Of a stretch of DNA of 64,000 nt, positions 1-9,863 are shown one piece after another. Numbering within the stretch: position 1 is the stretch's first letter; every line of letters starts with the position of its first letter. The notes beneath the pieces were generated by a model. That model saw nothing but the letters and a program-made list of their open reading frames with translations. It ran no database searches and was not told the origin of the DNA. The translations under genes were made by a program, and so were the position numbers. Location: positions 27,157 to 91,156 of the forward strand of contig JBMNON010000002.1 of the NCBI GenBank assembly GCA_050943115.1, given 5' to 3'. Source of the stretch: Patescibacteria group bacterium. Its GTDB lineage: Bacteria > Patescibacteriota > Microgenomatia > UBA12405.

Positions 1-1
1 C

Positions 2-235
2 ACTAGCGATACGGCTCCTTGGGCACCTACAAGTGGTACGGCCACTCTAGAGGTGTTCCCATCCGATCCGAAGAACGATGCCACTTACTACTATTCATAT
101 TCGAGTTCGTCACCATATTCGACATATTGTGCTTGCGCCAGGTTGGATAATGCTACGGGGAATTCAAATGACCGTAGTTGTAATTTAATTGGTACGGGTA
201 ATGGCCAGTATTATTGTGTTAAGAACCAGCAATGA
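2..235 (+). CDS. type IV pilin-like protein, 3' fragment (5' end lies outside window)
   Basis: Frame is open to the window edge. The C-terminal region (PSDPKNDATYYYSY...RSC...YYCVKNQ) is paralogous to the C-terminus of the next pilin (PADPKDSTYVYCY...STSC). ATGA overlap with the next gene. Confidence 0.45.
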   Translation, partial: TSDTAPWAPTSGTATLEVFPSDPKNDATYYYSYSSSSPYSTYCACARLDNATGNSNDRSCNLIGTGNGQYYCVKNQQ

Positions 236-639
236 AAAAGCAGGGTTTTACGTTAATTGAATTGATAGTGTCGGTAACGATAATTGCCGTGATAACGGTT
301 TTGGCAGTAGTGAATTTCGGGGGTACCAGTAAAAGGGCCAGGGACAGCCGCAGAATGGCAGACCTGGAAAAAATCAGGGTAGCATTGGAACAAGTCAGGC
401 AGGTGGGGTCTTCTTACCCAAGTGTAGTCGGTAAAGTTCCGACTGGCTTAACGCCAGATTATTTGCAGACCTGGCCTGCCGATCCAAAGGACTCGACTTA
501 TGTATATTGCTATCTGCCAGCCAATCCCAGATATACTTATAGATTGTATGCCAGAGTAGAAGATACAAGCAATGCTAATATAGGTTCGACATCCTGTGGT
601 GGTACTGCGGGTTATAACTACGAAGTCAGAAGCCCTTGA
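232..639 (+). CDS. type IV pilin / pseudopilin (prepilin-type N-terminal cleavage/methylation domain)
   Basis: N-terminus MKKQG|FTLIELIV fits the class III signal (G-1, F+1, E+5) followed by a hydrophobic helix. 135 aa. Confidence 0.75.
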   Translation: MKKQGFTLIELIVSVTIIAVITVLAVVNFGGTSKRARDSRRMADLEKIRVALEQVRQVGSSYPSVVGKVPTGLTPDYLQTWPADPKDSTYVYCYLPANPRYTYRLYARVEDTSNANIGSTSCGGTAGYNYEVRSP

Positions 640-640
640 G

Positions 641-1135
641 ATGATGGAAAAGAGAGGTTTTAGTTTTATTGAGCTGATTGTGGTGGTTGCCATAATGGCT
701 TTAATGACAGGCGGGGCGGTGGTTTTTATCAACAGGTTTAATGCCAGGCAAAGGTTTGATATGTCGGTTGAAAAAACGGTAGCTAATTTAAAACTGGCAA
801 AAAACTATGCAGTGACATTGCAGACTCCCAGATCCGATAAGGAGTTGACGGCTGTGGAAGTGACTTTTGATAGCAGCCAGGGAACCATGACAGCAGTTCC
901 CTACCCTACTCCGGATGATAACCCGGGTTTTACTTATTTTAGTAGGAAAGTGACAGAAAGTGGTATTAATGTTTCTGCTTCTTCTACGGTCAGGTTTGCA
1001 CCAGTTACCGGCAAATTGCTGGATAGTGGCCATAAGCTGACAAATTCATCAGTAGATATTAGTTTTAGCTCGGTTGAAGTTGGATCGGCACCAAAAATAA
1101 GGATAGACAGTTCAGGCAGGATAAGCGAAATATAA
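641..1135 (+). CDS. minor pilin / pseudopilin
   Basis: Internal start MMEKRG|FSFIELIVV with class III signal. The longer ORF 596.. lacks signal context upstream. Confidence 0.65.
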   Translation: MMEKRGFSFIELIVVVAIMALMTGGAVVFINRFNARQRFDMSVEKTVANLKLAKNYAVTLQTPRSDKELTAVEVTFDSSQGTMTAVPYPTPDDNPGFTYFSRKVTESGINVSASSTVRFAPVTGKLLDSGHKLTNSSVDISFSSVEVGSAPKIRIDSSGRISEI

Positions 1136-1164
1136 CAAGACATTGTTTGTGGTAATCTTAAATA

Positions 1165-1557
1165 ATGAAAGCCAGTGCAAAGGGACAAAGTATGATTGAA
1201 TTGATGTTTTCGGTTGTAATTATCGTTTTGGTGTTAACAGCTGTGGTAGCCCTGTTGGTTAATTCCATGGGGACCAGGAATAAGGGTTATGATAGGAAAA
1301 AAGCCGCTTACATTGCCGAAAAAATAATGGAGGAGTTGGTGGCTTATGAAGATGGTAGTACCAGTGAGTTTTGGGGGGGTAGCCCGGATTATACAAGCTT
1401 TGATACCGGGGATCCGGATTATACATATTCCATATCAGAAGATAATCAGCAAAATTGCGGGCCTGAAGTTTGCAGGAAGGAGGTTGAAGTGACTGTGACG
1501 ATACCCGGGGTAGCAGTTGAAAACGCCGTAAAAATAAGGAGGTTGTTTGCTAAATGA
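1165..1557 (+). CDS. minor pilin / pseudopilin
   Basis: N-terminus AKGQSMIELMFSVVIIVLVL has a prepilin-like G|Q..E+5 pattern and a hydrophobic helix. Confidence 0.55.
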   Translation: MKASAKGQSMIELMFSVVIIVLVLTAVVALLVNSMGTRNKGYDRKKAAYIAEKIMEELVAYEDGSTSEFWGGSPDYTSFDTGDPDYTYSISEDNQQNCGPEVCRKEVEVTVTIPGVAVENAVKIRRLFAK

Positions 1558-2060
1558 TTAAAAATAAAAGAGGTTTTACATTTATTGAAATTGTGATTGC
1601 TTTGGCAATTATTTCAGTCATTTTAATTGCCGTAACAGGAACCATGATGGATAGTTTTAAGGCAAAAAACAGGATTGTATACTCAGACACCATCCAACAA
1701 AATGGTAGTTTTGTGGTAATGGAGTTGAGGAAACATGTATTAAATTCCGTACCGGAAAAAATTGTTTGTTCCGGTGATAGCATTGAGTTAACAAATAAAA
1801 AAAATGCTGAAACTACAACTTTAGTTTGTGTTGATGGTGCATCGGGACATATTGCTTCCGTGTCAGCCACAAGGGATGTGCGGCTAACCAGCGACGATGT
1901 CAGTTTAAATAACTGTGGCAATTTTGTTAGCTGTGAACCAGTTGGGGGTCCCTATAGCAAGGTGACTTTTAATTTTACTTTAATTCCGGAAAATACCGAT
2001 CCGGGTGTCGCAGAGGCGGTGCAGAAAGATTTTTCAACAGTGGTGTCAGTTAGAAACTAA
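1554..2060 (+). CDS. minor pilin / pseudopilin
   Basis: N-terminus MIKNKRG|FTFIEIVIALAII. ATGA overlap with the upstream pilin gene. Confidence 0.7.
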   Translation: MIKNKRGFTFIEIVIALAIISVILIAVTGTMMDSFKAKNRIVYSDTIQQNGSFVVMELRKHVLNSVPEKIVCSGDSIELTNKKNAETTTLVCVDGASGHIASVSATRDVRLTSDDVSLNNCGNFVSCEPVGGPYSKVTFNFTLIPENTDPGVAEAVQKDFSTVVSVRN

Positions 2061-2187
2061 TTTTTCCCATTAGGTGTTATTTTGATACGGTTTAATTTGT
2101 GTATTATAGGTTAATTTTATTAATGTGTAATAAATATGTATAACGTGTTAGGCTGCAGATATTTAAGTGATTAATTAGACCTATAGT

Positions 2188-2216
2188 TTGACATAAAAGA
2201 CAGTATTTTGTATAAT
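2188..2216 (+). promoter_or_regulatory. sigma70-like promoter (TTGACA-17-TATAAT)
   Basis: Perfect -35 TTGACA at 2188-2193, a 17-nt spacer, and perfect -10 TATAAT at 2211-2216, in an AT-rich intergenic region. Confidence 0.45.
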
Positions 2217-2277
2217 TACTGTAATGTTGAAGCAACAGTTTGCAGGAAACATATTCTTAAAGGTTTAATTATTTAAT

Positions 2278-2300
2278 CCGGCCCTTTGGCCGGTTTTTTT
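2278..2300 (+). terminator. GC hairpin plus U-run (intrinsic-terminator-like) directly abutting the ATG at 2301
   Basis: CCGGCC-CTTT-GGCCGG followed by TTTTTTT and then ATG. Confidence 0.45.
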
Positions 2301-4010
2301 ATGAGTAGTTTGAAGGAAAAATTAGTAAGATCCACGGCTGCTTTTACTATAGCTTGGACTATGGCTGCGTGTGGAACTGTTGAAGAATCAGTAAGTCATG
2401 TAGAGGTAACGCCGATTATCGTTAGGGTTAATACTTCTAATCCAGACAGTACAGAAAACATATTAACAGCTGATGTTGCACCAAACGATGAGGACTCAAC
2501 AAGTTTTGAATCAGAAGTGAGTCAAGAGTGGCAAGGAAAATTTTGGGATATAGGCAGGAGCACTTCGTTCTCCGGAGGTTTGGAGTTAGATAGCTATGAG
2601 GAGGAGATGCAAACATTTCGAAATGAGATTGCCATAAAAGCCGAGGAGTATGGTTTTGGGGTTGAAAGTGTAGAACTGGTTCTTGTTGGCAACAACGCTA
2701 GTGTAGTAGAAAAAGATGGGCGGGTAGAGCAATCCGCACCCAGTGAATATTATGGGTTGATGGTGGTCGAGGACAAGGTGGTTTGTTTTACAAAGAATAA
2801 TGAGGGTATACAGGTCGACCAGAGCTGTAATTGGTTTAAAAAAAGCCAAAATATTTGGGGGCAAGATTATAGCCTTCAAGTAGTGGCATCTCCAGGGGGA
2901 GAGGCGTTGGTTTCATTGTTGATTAAAGAAGAAGATGATAATATTCAGATGTTTCGACTAAGGCATGACCAGTTGGGTGAGGTGGTTACTTTGGAGGAGG
3001 TGTCGGTTGATGGAGAAATGTATCAGGATGAGAACAGGGTGTGGATTCTGGATGGTGACTTGGTGCCGACCGGAGAGGCTCCGATTTCCGGAGTATTGAT
3101 TGCTGGGACAAATAGCGAAGATCTGACAAAAACTTTTTTGCTGGAGTGTCAACCTATCGAACTTGAGGGGGATTTTAAACAGGGTATAGTTTTTGGATTG
3201 GTGGATTTGGCAAAAGGAAGTATTCCGATTGCCATGGTAGGCACTGACGGAATACAGAAGGATATTGGTTATTTTAATTTGGCAGATGGTTCCTGGAACG
3301 GAATGGATGGCTATGCTGATGTAAATGTTTTATTCGATGAGACTGCAAAATATGCAGAACATGTCGGGGCCATTGATCTTGAAGGTTTTCATAGCCAATG
3401 GAATATGGAAAGTGAAAGAATTGAGTATGTGGACACAAATGGTAAAGCAATTGCTTTTTGGAGCGAAAATGGAAGGATTGAATTAATGCCAGGTGTTGTA
3501 GAGTTAGATTTTTTTGCGCACAGAGGATTGTTTGCTGAAGAAACCGCACAGGTAATTGCCCAGAATTATTCCGAATCAGGCAAGATGCCGCTTCCTATTC
3601 GCTTGCCGAGTGAGGGGTCGATAACGGAAACGACTTCTTTTGGATTGTCGACATTAAGTCTGTCCGGCATTGGTGATAACCAACCAGTAATTGCCTTCAG
3701 TACAGGAACTATTATGAGAGTAATGGTGACAGCCGGAAGTGCTGAGAATGATTCAGTTAAATTTCAGACTGCATCGGGAGATATTTATTATTTAACAGGA
3801 AAAATTAGTAATGGTAATCTTGCATTTTCCGAAGTTGAACCTGGAGATGTGATGTATGTGGCTACCACGCCGGACTTTAGCCAGTTGCCGATAGAAGCCC
3901 AAAGAGAGGCATTTATAATAATTGACAGGTGTGCTCCTGGTAATGAGAAAAGTGTCGGTTTGGCGGATTTAATGAGAGATGATTTGGGTAGAATAATTGT
4001 AAGTAAGTAG
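2301..4010 (+). CDS. hypothetical lipoprotein (lipobox ...TMAAC)
   Basis: Signal peptide with L-A-A-C lipobox. Acidic Ser/Thr-rich linker, then a ~500-aa domain with no motifs I recognise. ATG at 2301 preferred over the TTG at 2286. Confidence 0.5.
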   Translation: MSSLKEKLVRSTAAFTIAWTMAACGTVEESVSHVEVTPIIVRVNTSNPDSTENILTADVAPNDEDSTSFESEVSQEWQGKFWDIGRSTSFSGGLELDSYEEEMQTFRNEIAIKAEEYGFGVESVELVLVGNNASVVEKDGRVEQSAPSEYYGLMVVEDKVVCFTKNNEGIQVDQSCNWFKKSQNIWGQDYSLQVVASPGGEALVSLLIKEEDDNIQMFRLRHDQLGEVVTLEEVSVDGEMYQDENRVWILDGDLVPTGEAPISGVLIAGTNSEDLTKTFLLECQPIELEGDFKQGIVFGLVDLAKGSIPIAMVGTDGIQKDIGYFNLADGSWNGMDGYADVNVLFDETAKYAEHVGAIDLEGFHSQWNMESERIEYVDTNGKAIAFWSENGRIELMPGVVELDFFAHRGLFAEETAQVIAQNYSESGKMPLPIRLPSEGSITETTSFGLSTLSLSGIGDNQPVIAFSTGTIMRVMVTAGSAENDSVKFQTASGDIYYLTGKISNGNLAFSEVEPGDVMYVATTPDFSQLPIEAQREAFIIIDRCAPGNEKSVGLADLMRDDLGRIIVSK

Positions 4011-4052
4011 TATTGTCTGCCTGTTTATATTATTGCTCAAGGGAGTAATTGC

Positions 4053-4616
4053 TTGTATCATGATTGTATGATACGAAGATTGTGGTTGTTATGGGCAATA
4101 ATTCTTGTTTTAATTGTTGGCTTAGTTTCTTGTTTTTTTATTTGGCGAAAAAATACAAGAGAAAATAACTTCACCAATAACAATAGTGATGTTGCGACAA
4201 TTGGAAGCACTGAAGATCCATTTAAACCCAGTGAGGTTCGGTTTGAAGAAATAGTAGCACCACCAGTGAAAAGAGATTATGTTGACGGGTATGGCGTGGA
4301 TGCTGATATTAGACGACTGTCATTAACTCTACCTATAGGAGAAGAGGTTTACACAATATTTGAAGGTGAAATAGCATGGGTAAGTAAAGATGAAGAATCG
4401 ACCAGTATTTTAGTGAAGAATAGCGAGGGGTGGATGGCTTCGTATATTGTTGTTGGTGAAAGTTTAGTAGAGGTAGGGCAGAAAGTGGGAACAACAGATG
4501 TGATTGCCCGGATAGATGAGGGTGTGGGAATAAGCTGTGTGGGAGGAAACAATTTTTCAATATCAATTTCCAATGAGAGTGGGGATGTTATTTTTAATAA
4601 GAATATATTTAAGTAA
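4053..4616 (+). CDS. membrane-anchored hypothetical protein with a degenerate M23-peptidase-like C-terminal domain
   Basis: N-terminal TM helix. C-terminal segment ASYIVVGESLVEVGQKVGTTDVIARIDEGVG resembles the LytM/M23 fold motif but lacks the HxH catalytic histidines. Confidence 0.35.
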   Translation: MYHDCMIRRLWLLWAIILVLIVGLVSCFFIWRKNTRENNFTNNNSDVATIGSTEDPFKPSEVRFEEIVAPPVKRDYVDGYGVDADIRRLSLTLPIGEEVYTIFEGEIAWVSKDEESTSILVKNSEGWMASYIVVGESLVEVGQKVGTTDVIARIDEGVGISCVGGNNFSISISNESGDVIFNKNIFK

Positions 4617-7466
4617 ATGTTGGTAAAAAAAACTATTTTTGGTGTTTTACTATTTTTAATAGTAACTCTTGTTTTTGGAAGGGGGGTTGCGGGAGCGTTA
4701 GAGCCCGGTTGTTTTAATTGTGTGGCGTCAAAAAGTTGGGAGGAATGTCTTTCCATATGTTATCCTCCATGCCCGAACGCTTCGGGTGTTACCGTACCTG
4801 ATAGTTTTTGTGGAAGTAGAAATAATGTGTGTTGTACGAGCGGAGGTTGTTCATCCCCTTGCGGTACCCTGCCCCAGTGGGGCTGGTGTTATGCTAGTGA
4901 ATGTCGGGCATATCCAGTAAGAAATGTTCTAGGTATGTGCCGTTATGAGTTTGATTACTCTTATAGTAATTGCGGAGCGGTAGACAGTTGTCAGGGAGGA
5001 TCGTTTTTAAAATCAGGTTTGTGTAGTTCCGGCGGCTGTACTGTTGGAGGGAACTACAAAGCTTGTTGTGTCGGATCAAATTTGGTAAATTGCGCCGGAG
5101 GAACTTTTTCCGGAACTTGTCCGGGCGGGTCGGTGACAAAATTTTGCGGGTTTGATGGCCATCCACCATGTGATGCTAGCGCTTGTGCGGGTCCTTCTGT
5201 GCCAGCTGATCCTCTAGCGACGCCCACTCCGCTCCCGCCAACCGGGGGTAATTGCTCCGGATGCCCTTGGTGGCAACAGGATTATAACGATTGCGGTTGG
5301 TGTACAAATTCTAGTCAATGTAATGGCAGCGGGTTATGTAATAAAAGAACTATTTCGGTTCCTTCCTGTGGTGAATGTGAAGCATCGGGGTGGACGCTTC
5401 ACAATTGCAATATTTGTTGCAGCACGCCTGGGGATGTAAGGTGTTGTGGTTGCGGAGGATCGGTGCCCGATGATCCTCCTTGTACTCCCAATTGTGCTTG
5501 TTCCAGCACAACTTGTATTGGACAGACTTGTTCGGACGGGTGCGGAGGTAGGTGTAATGGAACTATGGATTGTAATATATGTGGCTACGTGAGAGCCGGG
5601 TTATCTAACAGAAGCGTTTCCGGTTATTCTGTAAATATATATAATGACCGGACAAGAACAACCAGCACTTTGACTACGGATTCAGAGGGGAAGTTTAGAT
5701 TATCTGGGGTACAGCGTGGAGATGCATATGCTGTAAGGCCAAGTACCAGTGCGTTTCCACAAGGATTGACCGGCCCTCCACAAAACATATATGACCAAAC
5801 TTCTTTTGAAATGCAAAGTTTTGGTGGACTGCCGGATTGTTCATCAGCTTGTAACTGTAATTTTAAATTAAACGTCAGGCCGGTTTATACAAACTTAATT
5901 GTAAGAAATTCAGCTAATACTGCTATCGTAAATCCTGACGCTCAGGGGAGGAATCACATTTGCCAAGTTGATTTTGTTAACAGAAGGGCCAGATTTATTG
6001 TGACTGTTACTGATGAGGATGGCGGTGATACTATAGAAAAAGTATTTTTAAGGTTTGTCAAAGACGGTGTGGGTAAAACCTATTATGTTGAAGCAATTGG
6101 AGATGTGGAGGGCATGGTTAACGTAAAATTTCATGATAGTGAGTCTGGCCAGACAATAAATTATGGTGTGGCCGCATATACACATTACAGCGGGACATCG
6201 AGAACGGTTGAGTTCCAAATAGATTTTCCGGCTACTTTTACCACAAAATTATACGATCTAAGGGTGTATGCTGAAGATGAAAATGGCATTGGGACATATA
6301 CTGATGGTGATAATGACGGGTACGATAAAACCTGGATATTCACAAACAGAAAATTTAAAATTTGGGATTGCAAGGTTTTGGTAACAGGTACCTTGTATGA
6401 TGGTTCGGCGGTGGAACAAATTCATTGTCCGACAGGGACAGGATATTCAACTGCCTATCCTAACGATGAAGCCGATTTTACCGGTTTTGATTTTGTATTG
6501 TATGGCGGAGGAAGCCTGAAGATGACGGCAAATTCAGAAAGTGACTATCATCCTGAAGGTTATCCATCGGATAAAAATAATTATTTAGTCTGGGGGAAAA
6601 GTTATTACCCGGAGTTTAATGATCAATTGCAAGCTAACGACCCAGCCCAAAACAGTATGAGAGTAAACCAGGTTACTTGTGTTGATACTTTGCTTGTTGA
6701 TGCGGATGCTTATGCGAGCAACCCGGCAATGCGGGTCGATTTTACTACTATAAAGTGGCAGCCACCTTGGTTTCAATCTATTGGCGGTGGTGTTTTGGGC
6801 CAGGGGGTGGTGTGGAATAAAGCACCGGTGACTTGTAGGGATTTGTGTGTACCGGTATTGTCCCTGGGAGAAACGAGCATGCCGGGCAACTTTATTGATA
6901 ATAATGGTATAGTCACCGGAGGAGATTTGCAAAGCTATATTCCCCTATCAAATAATTTCTCCTGGCCGAGAAACTTTTATAAGGCAAGCAATGTTGTTGA
7001 TCCAAGTTATGGTTACGATTATTTTTTGAATAAGTTTCATGTCGAGAAGGAGTATGGGACGGTTTGGCCTGGGGATAGTGTGAATTTGAGTAGTTTAACA
7101 AGCAACGCCGATGGAATACACTTTGTTTCCGGAGATTTAGTTTTGGATGCAAATAAAATTGTTAATACCGATAACTTTTTCCTGGTAGTGGTTGGCGGTG
7201 ATATTATTGCCAATAATCCGGCTGTAAATAGGGTGGACGGTATTTATGCGGCAGACGGAAACTTTGATATCAGCCAAGAAGCTAGCGAAAAATTGCTAAT
7301 TAATGGTAGTATTTATGTAAGAGGCAGTTTTATGTCGAACAGATCCTATATAGACAAGAGTATCAATAATACAAACCCGGCGGTGGTTGTCCACTATCGT
7401 CCTGCCTTCCTCTTTAAAGCGCCGACAGAATTATTTAAAATTTTAACAAGATATTATGATGACTAA
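4617..7466 (+). CDS. large secreted cysteine-rich protein (candidate pilus-associated adhesin)
   Basis: Signal peptide. The first ~330 aa contain about 45-50 Cys in CxxC/CC/GC-rich low-complexity sequence. A Pro/Thr linker follows, then a CarboxypepD_reg-like segment (SGYSVNIYNDRTRTT..DSEGKFRL). A D-G-D-N-D-G-Y-D loop at aa ~560 resembles a Ca-binding site. Confidence 0.55.
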   Translation: MLVKKTIFGVLLFLIVTLVFGRGVAGALEPGCFNCVASKSWEECLSICYPPCPNASGVTVPDSFCGSRNNVCCTSGGCSSPCGTLPQWGWCYASECRAYPVRNVLGMCRYEFDYSYSNCGAVDSCQGGSFLKSGLCSSGGCTVGGNYKACCVGSNLVNCAGGTFSGTCPGGSVTKFCGFDGHPPCDASACAGPSVPADPLATPTPLPPTGGNCSGCPWWQQDYNDCGWCTNSSQCNGSGLCNKRTISVPSCGECEASGWTLHNCNICCSTPGDVRCCGCGGSVPDDPPCTPNCACSSTTCIGQTCSDGCGGRCNGTMDCNICGYVRAGLSNRSVSGYSVNIYNDRTRTTSTLTTDSEGKFRLSGVQRGDAYAVRPSTSAFPQGLTGPPQNIYDQTSFEMQSFGGLPDCSSACNCNFKLNVRPVYTNLIVRNSANTAIVNPDAQGRNHICQVDFVNRRARFIVTVTDEDGGDTIEKVFLRFVKDGVGKTYYVEAIGDVEGMVNVKFHDSESGQTINYGVAAYTHYSGTSRTVEFQIDFPATFTTKLYDLRVYAEDENGIGTYTDGDNDGYDKTWIFTNRKFKIWDCKVLVTGTLYDGSAVEQIHCPTGTGYSTAYPNDEADFTGFDFVLYGGGSLKMTANSESDYHPEGYPSDKNNYLVWGKSYYPEFNDQLQANDPAQNSMRVNQVTCVDTLLVDADAYASNPAMRVDFTTIKWQPPWFQSIGGGVLGQGVVWNKAPVTCRDLCVPVLSLGETSMPGNFIDNNGIVTGGDLQSYIPLSNNFSWPRNFYKASNVVDPSYGYDYFLNKFHVEKEYGTVWPGDSVNLSSLTSNADGIHFVSGDLVLDANKIVNTDNFFLVVVGGDIIANNPAVNRVDGIYAADGNFDISQEASEKLLINGSIYVRGSFMSNRSYIDKSINNTNPAVVVHYRPAFLFKAPTELFKILTRYYDD

Positions 7467-8280
7467 AAGAAAAGTTAAGGGAAATAATGGCCAAATAGCA
7501 TTAATAGTTTTGTTGATCTCTGCGGTGATTTTGACTTTGGGATTGTCGATTTCCAGAAAGACAGTGGTGGAAACCAGGATTGATACTGACGAAGAATTAT
7601 TGAAGCAGGCGTTTAATGCAGCAGAATCGGGAGTAGAGTATTACTTGTCGACAGGTAATACTACTTATACGATGGAAGATGGAAGCGTGGCAACAGTACA
7701 AAGCGATAGCATTGCAGAGGGGGAGACGGTAGTGGATTTTGACGAGGTGACTTTACAAAACCAAAACACGGTGTTTTGGCTGGCTCCGCATAATACTGAC
7801 GGGACTGTTATTACGGGTGGGGCCGATGCTTATATGGGGTCAAGCGTTAACCTTTGTGTCTATGAATCTTTTAACGGTGCCCTAAAAGTTGACTATTTTT
7901 ATCATGACGGAACTTATAAGGTGAAAAGGTGGGGTTACAATATCGGAAGCGATTTTCAAGTTAACGGTTTTTCAAATGTAACGACAGGAAGCTGTACCGG
8001 TAAGCCAGGGATGAAACAAATAACAATAACCGAGTTGGAGGTTGGAGACGGACTAATGTTGGCCGTTACACCTTTGGGTGCCAACACAAAATTTGTGTTA
8101 CAGAGTCCGGACGCAAATGATTTCCCTTCTCAGGGGGAGGAGATTACCGGGTTGGGTAGTGTGGCTGATGAGACGCAGTCCAGTGCTGGGACAGTAACGA
8201 GCCGCGTGAAGGTCTTTAATGTTTATAAAATCCCTTCCTTTATGTTGGATGCTGTTACTTCTTTGAGCAGTATCAATTAG
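7456..8280 (+). CDS. PilX_N-domain type IV pilus assembly protein
   Basis: N-terminus KGNNGQIALIVLLISAVILTLGLSISRKTV matches the PilX N-terminal domain pattern. Sits just upstream of pilM. Confidence 0.45.
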   Translation: MMTKRKVKGNNGQIALIVLLISAVILTLGLSISRKTVVETRIDTDEELLKQAFNAAESGVEYYLSTGNTTYTMEDGSVATVQSDSIAEGETVVDFDEVTLQNQNTVFWLAPHNTDGTVITGGADAYMGSSVNLCVYESFNGALKVDYFYHDGTYKVKRWGYNIGSDFQVNGFSNVTTGSCTGKPGMKQITITELEVGDGLMLAVTPLGANTKFVLQSPDANDFPSQGEEITGLGSVADETQSSAGTVTSRVKVFNVYKIPSFMLDAVTSLSSIN

Positions 8281-8298
8281 TCTGTATACTAAATTAGT

Positions 8299-9327
8299 AT
8301 GAGCAATATTATCGGAATAGATGTTGGTGTCGGCAGTGTTAAGGCCGTATCTGTAAACCACGAGGACAAGGGCTTTGTATTGGAAACTATTGGGGAAGTG
8401 AATACACCCCGGGTTGAGTGGTTGAAAGGTGATAGTAAAAACAAGGCGATTGATACGATTGCGGATACTATCAAAAAATTGCTCGGTGATATCAAATGCA
8501 GGTCTCGGCAGGTGGTGACTTGTTTACCTGAAGACGAAGTGGTTAGTCGGCTTATCCACTTGCCTCCACTAAAAGAAAGCGAGATTAAAGACGCTTTGCA
8601 GTTTGAAGCGGAGACTTTTGTTCCTTTTCCACTTGACGAAGTTTCAATTGATTACGAAGTTATAAATACCGATGATACCGGTAGGATATCGGTATTTGCC
8701 ATTGCTGCCAGAAATGAAGTCATTAACTCTTATGTAAAATTATTCAGAAAAGTTGGCTTGGAACTGTTGGCTTTGGAGTCCCCCGCCCTGGCAATGCGCA
8801 GAGCTGTGAATTTTGCCCTTTCTCAGGTAAGCGGCATAATATTTGTAGACATGGGAGAAAAGTTTTCCGATATTATCAGTATTTATAAAAGCAACGTTTA
8901 CTTTACCAGATCAATGTCGATGGGCGGCGATTCCCTGACAAGGGCAATTTCCCTCAACTTGGGATTGGATATGTCGTCTGCCGAAGAGTACAAAAAAGCT
9001 TATGGTATGAGAGAAACCGAGTTGGAAGGGAAAATTAAAACGGCCATGCTGCCGGTTTTTAATAGTATGGCAGAAGAGATACGAAAATCGATGGCTTTGT
9101 TCAGGGAGACAGTCGGATCTTCACCGGAATTGCTGGTGTTAAGCGGTGGAGGGGCTAATTTACCTGGATTTGCCGAAGAATTGACTAGACTACTTGGTGT
9201 TGAAGTTCAAGTTATCCAACCTTTTATAAACATTGATACTAGCAGACAGGCCAGTTTTATGAACTATAACTCAGAGGGTTGTAGATTTACATTAGCGGTT
9301 GGGCTAGCTCTGAGGAGTGTGATATGA
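8299..9327 (+). CDS. pilM: type IV pilus assembly protein PilM (actin-like ATPase fold)
   Basis: N-terminus IIGIDVGVGSVKAV. 342 aa. Followed by pilN and pilO. Confidence 0.75.
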   Translation: MSNIIGIDVGVGSVKAVSVNHEDKGFVLETIGEVNTPRVEWLKGDSKNKAIDTIADTIKKLLGDIKCRSRQVVTCLPEDEVVSRLIHLPPLKESEIKDALQFEAETFVPFPLDEVSIDYEVINTDDTGRISVFAIAARNEVINSYVKLFRKVGLELLALESPALAMRRAVNFALSQVSGIIFVDMGEKFSDIISIYKSNVYFTRSMSMGGDSLTRAISLNLGLDMSSAEEYKKAYGMRETELEGKIKTAMLPVFNSMAEEIRKSMALFRETVGSSPELLVLSGGGANLPGFAEELTRLLGVEVQVIQPFINIDTSRQASFMNYNSEGCRFTLAVGLALRSVI

Positions 9328-9863
9328 GCATGAATTTGAACCTGTTACCTAGCCAGGCTAAGTTTCAGGCTTTCAAGATCAAATTCAAAAAGAAAACAGT
9401 GATATTTGTATGGGGTTTGAGTGCTTTGTGGTTTGTAGTAACTTTAGTGATCTTTGGTATATGGTTTTTTACACAAGCTAACTATAAAAGAGAAGAAAAG
9501 TTGTACAACAGGGAGGTTGAGGCTTACAAAACTTTGTCAGATAAGGTGGTTTTAAGTGAACAAATAAAATATCGGGCAAAAATGGTGGGAGAAGTTTTGA
9601 GTAATAGGTTTGAATATGGAGAAGCTTTTTCAAAGATCAATAATTTATTTTCCGAAAATGTACTGATTGAGGATTTCAAACTGGAAGACAAATCTACTTT
9701 CAGTCTTGACGGTATGGTGCTGGGGAGTAACATTGACGAAGTTGAATTAAGGATCGAAGAAATTAACAATGGTGAGGTTGATGAATTTAAATCTGCAAAA
9801 ATTAAAGCTTTATCTCTTGACCAGCAAGAGTGGGATTTTGGTATGGAGGTAGTTTTGAAATGA
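9324..9863 (+). CDS. pilN: type IV pilus assembly protein PilN
   Basis: MSMNLNLLP motif, a single TM helix, coiled coil. ATGA overlap with pilM. Confidence 0.6.
   Translation: MSMNLNLLPSQAKFQAFKIKFKKKTVIFVWGLSALWFVVTLVIFGIWFFTQANYKREEKLYNREVEAYKTLSDKVVLSEQIKYRAKMVGEVLSNRFEYGEAFSKINNLFSENVLIEDFKLEDKSTFSLDGMVLGSNIDEVELRIEEINNGEVDEFKSAKIKALSLDQQEWDFGMEVVLK

Noticed and set aside
4720-5169. Short ORFs on both strands inside the Cys-rich protein gene (4720-4920 +, 4894-5169 -)
   Set aside because: They lie in alternative frames of a strongly supported 949-aa ORF and have no independent signals.
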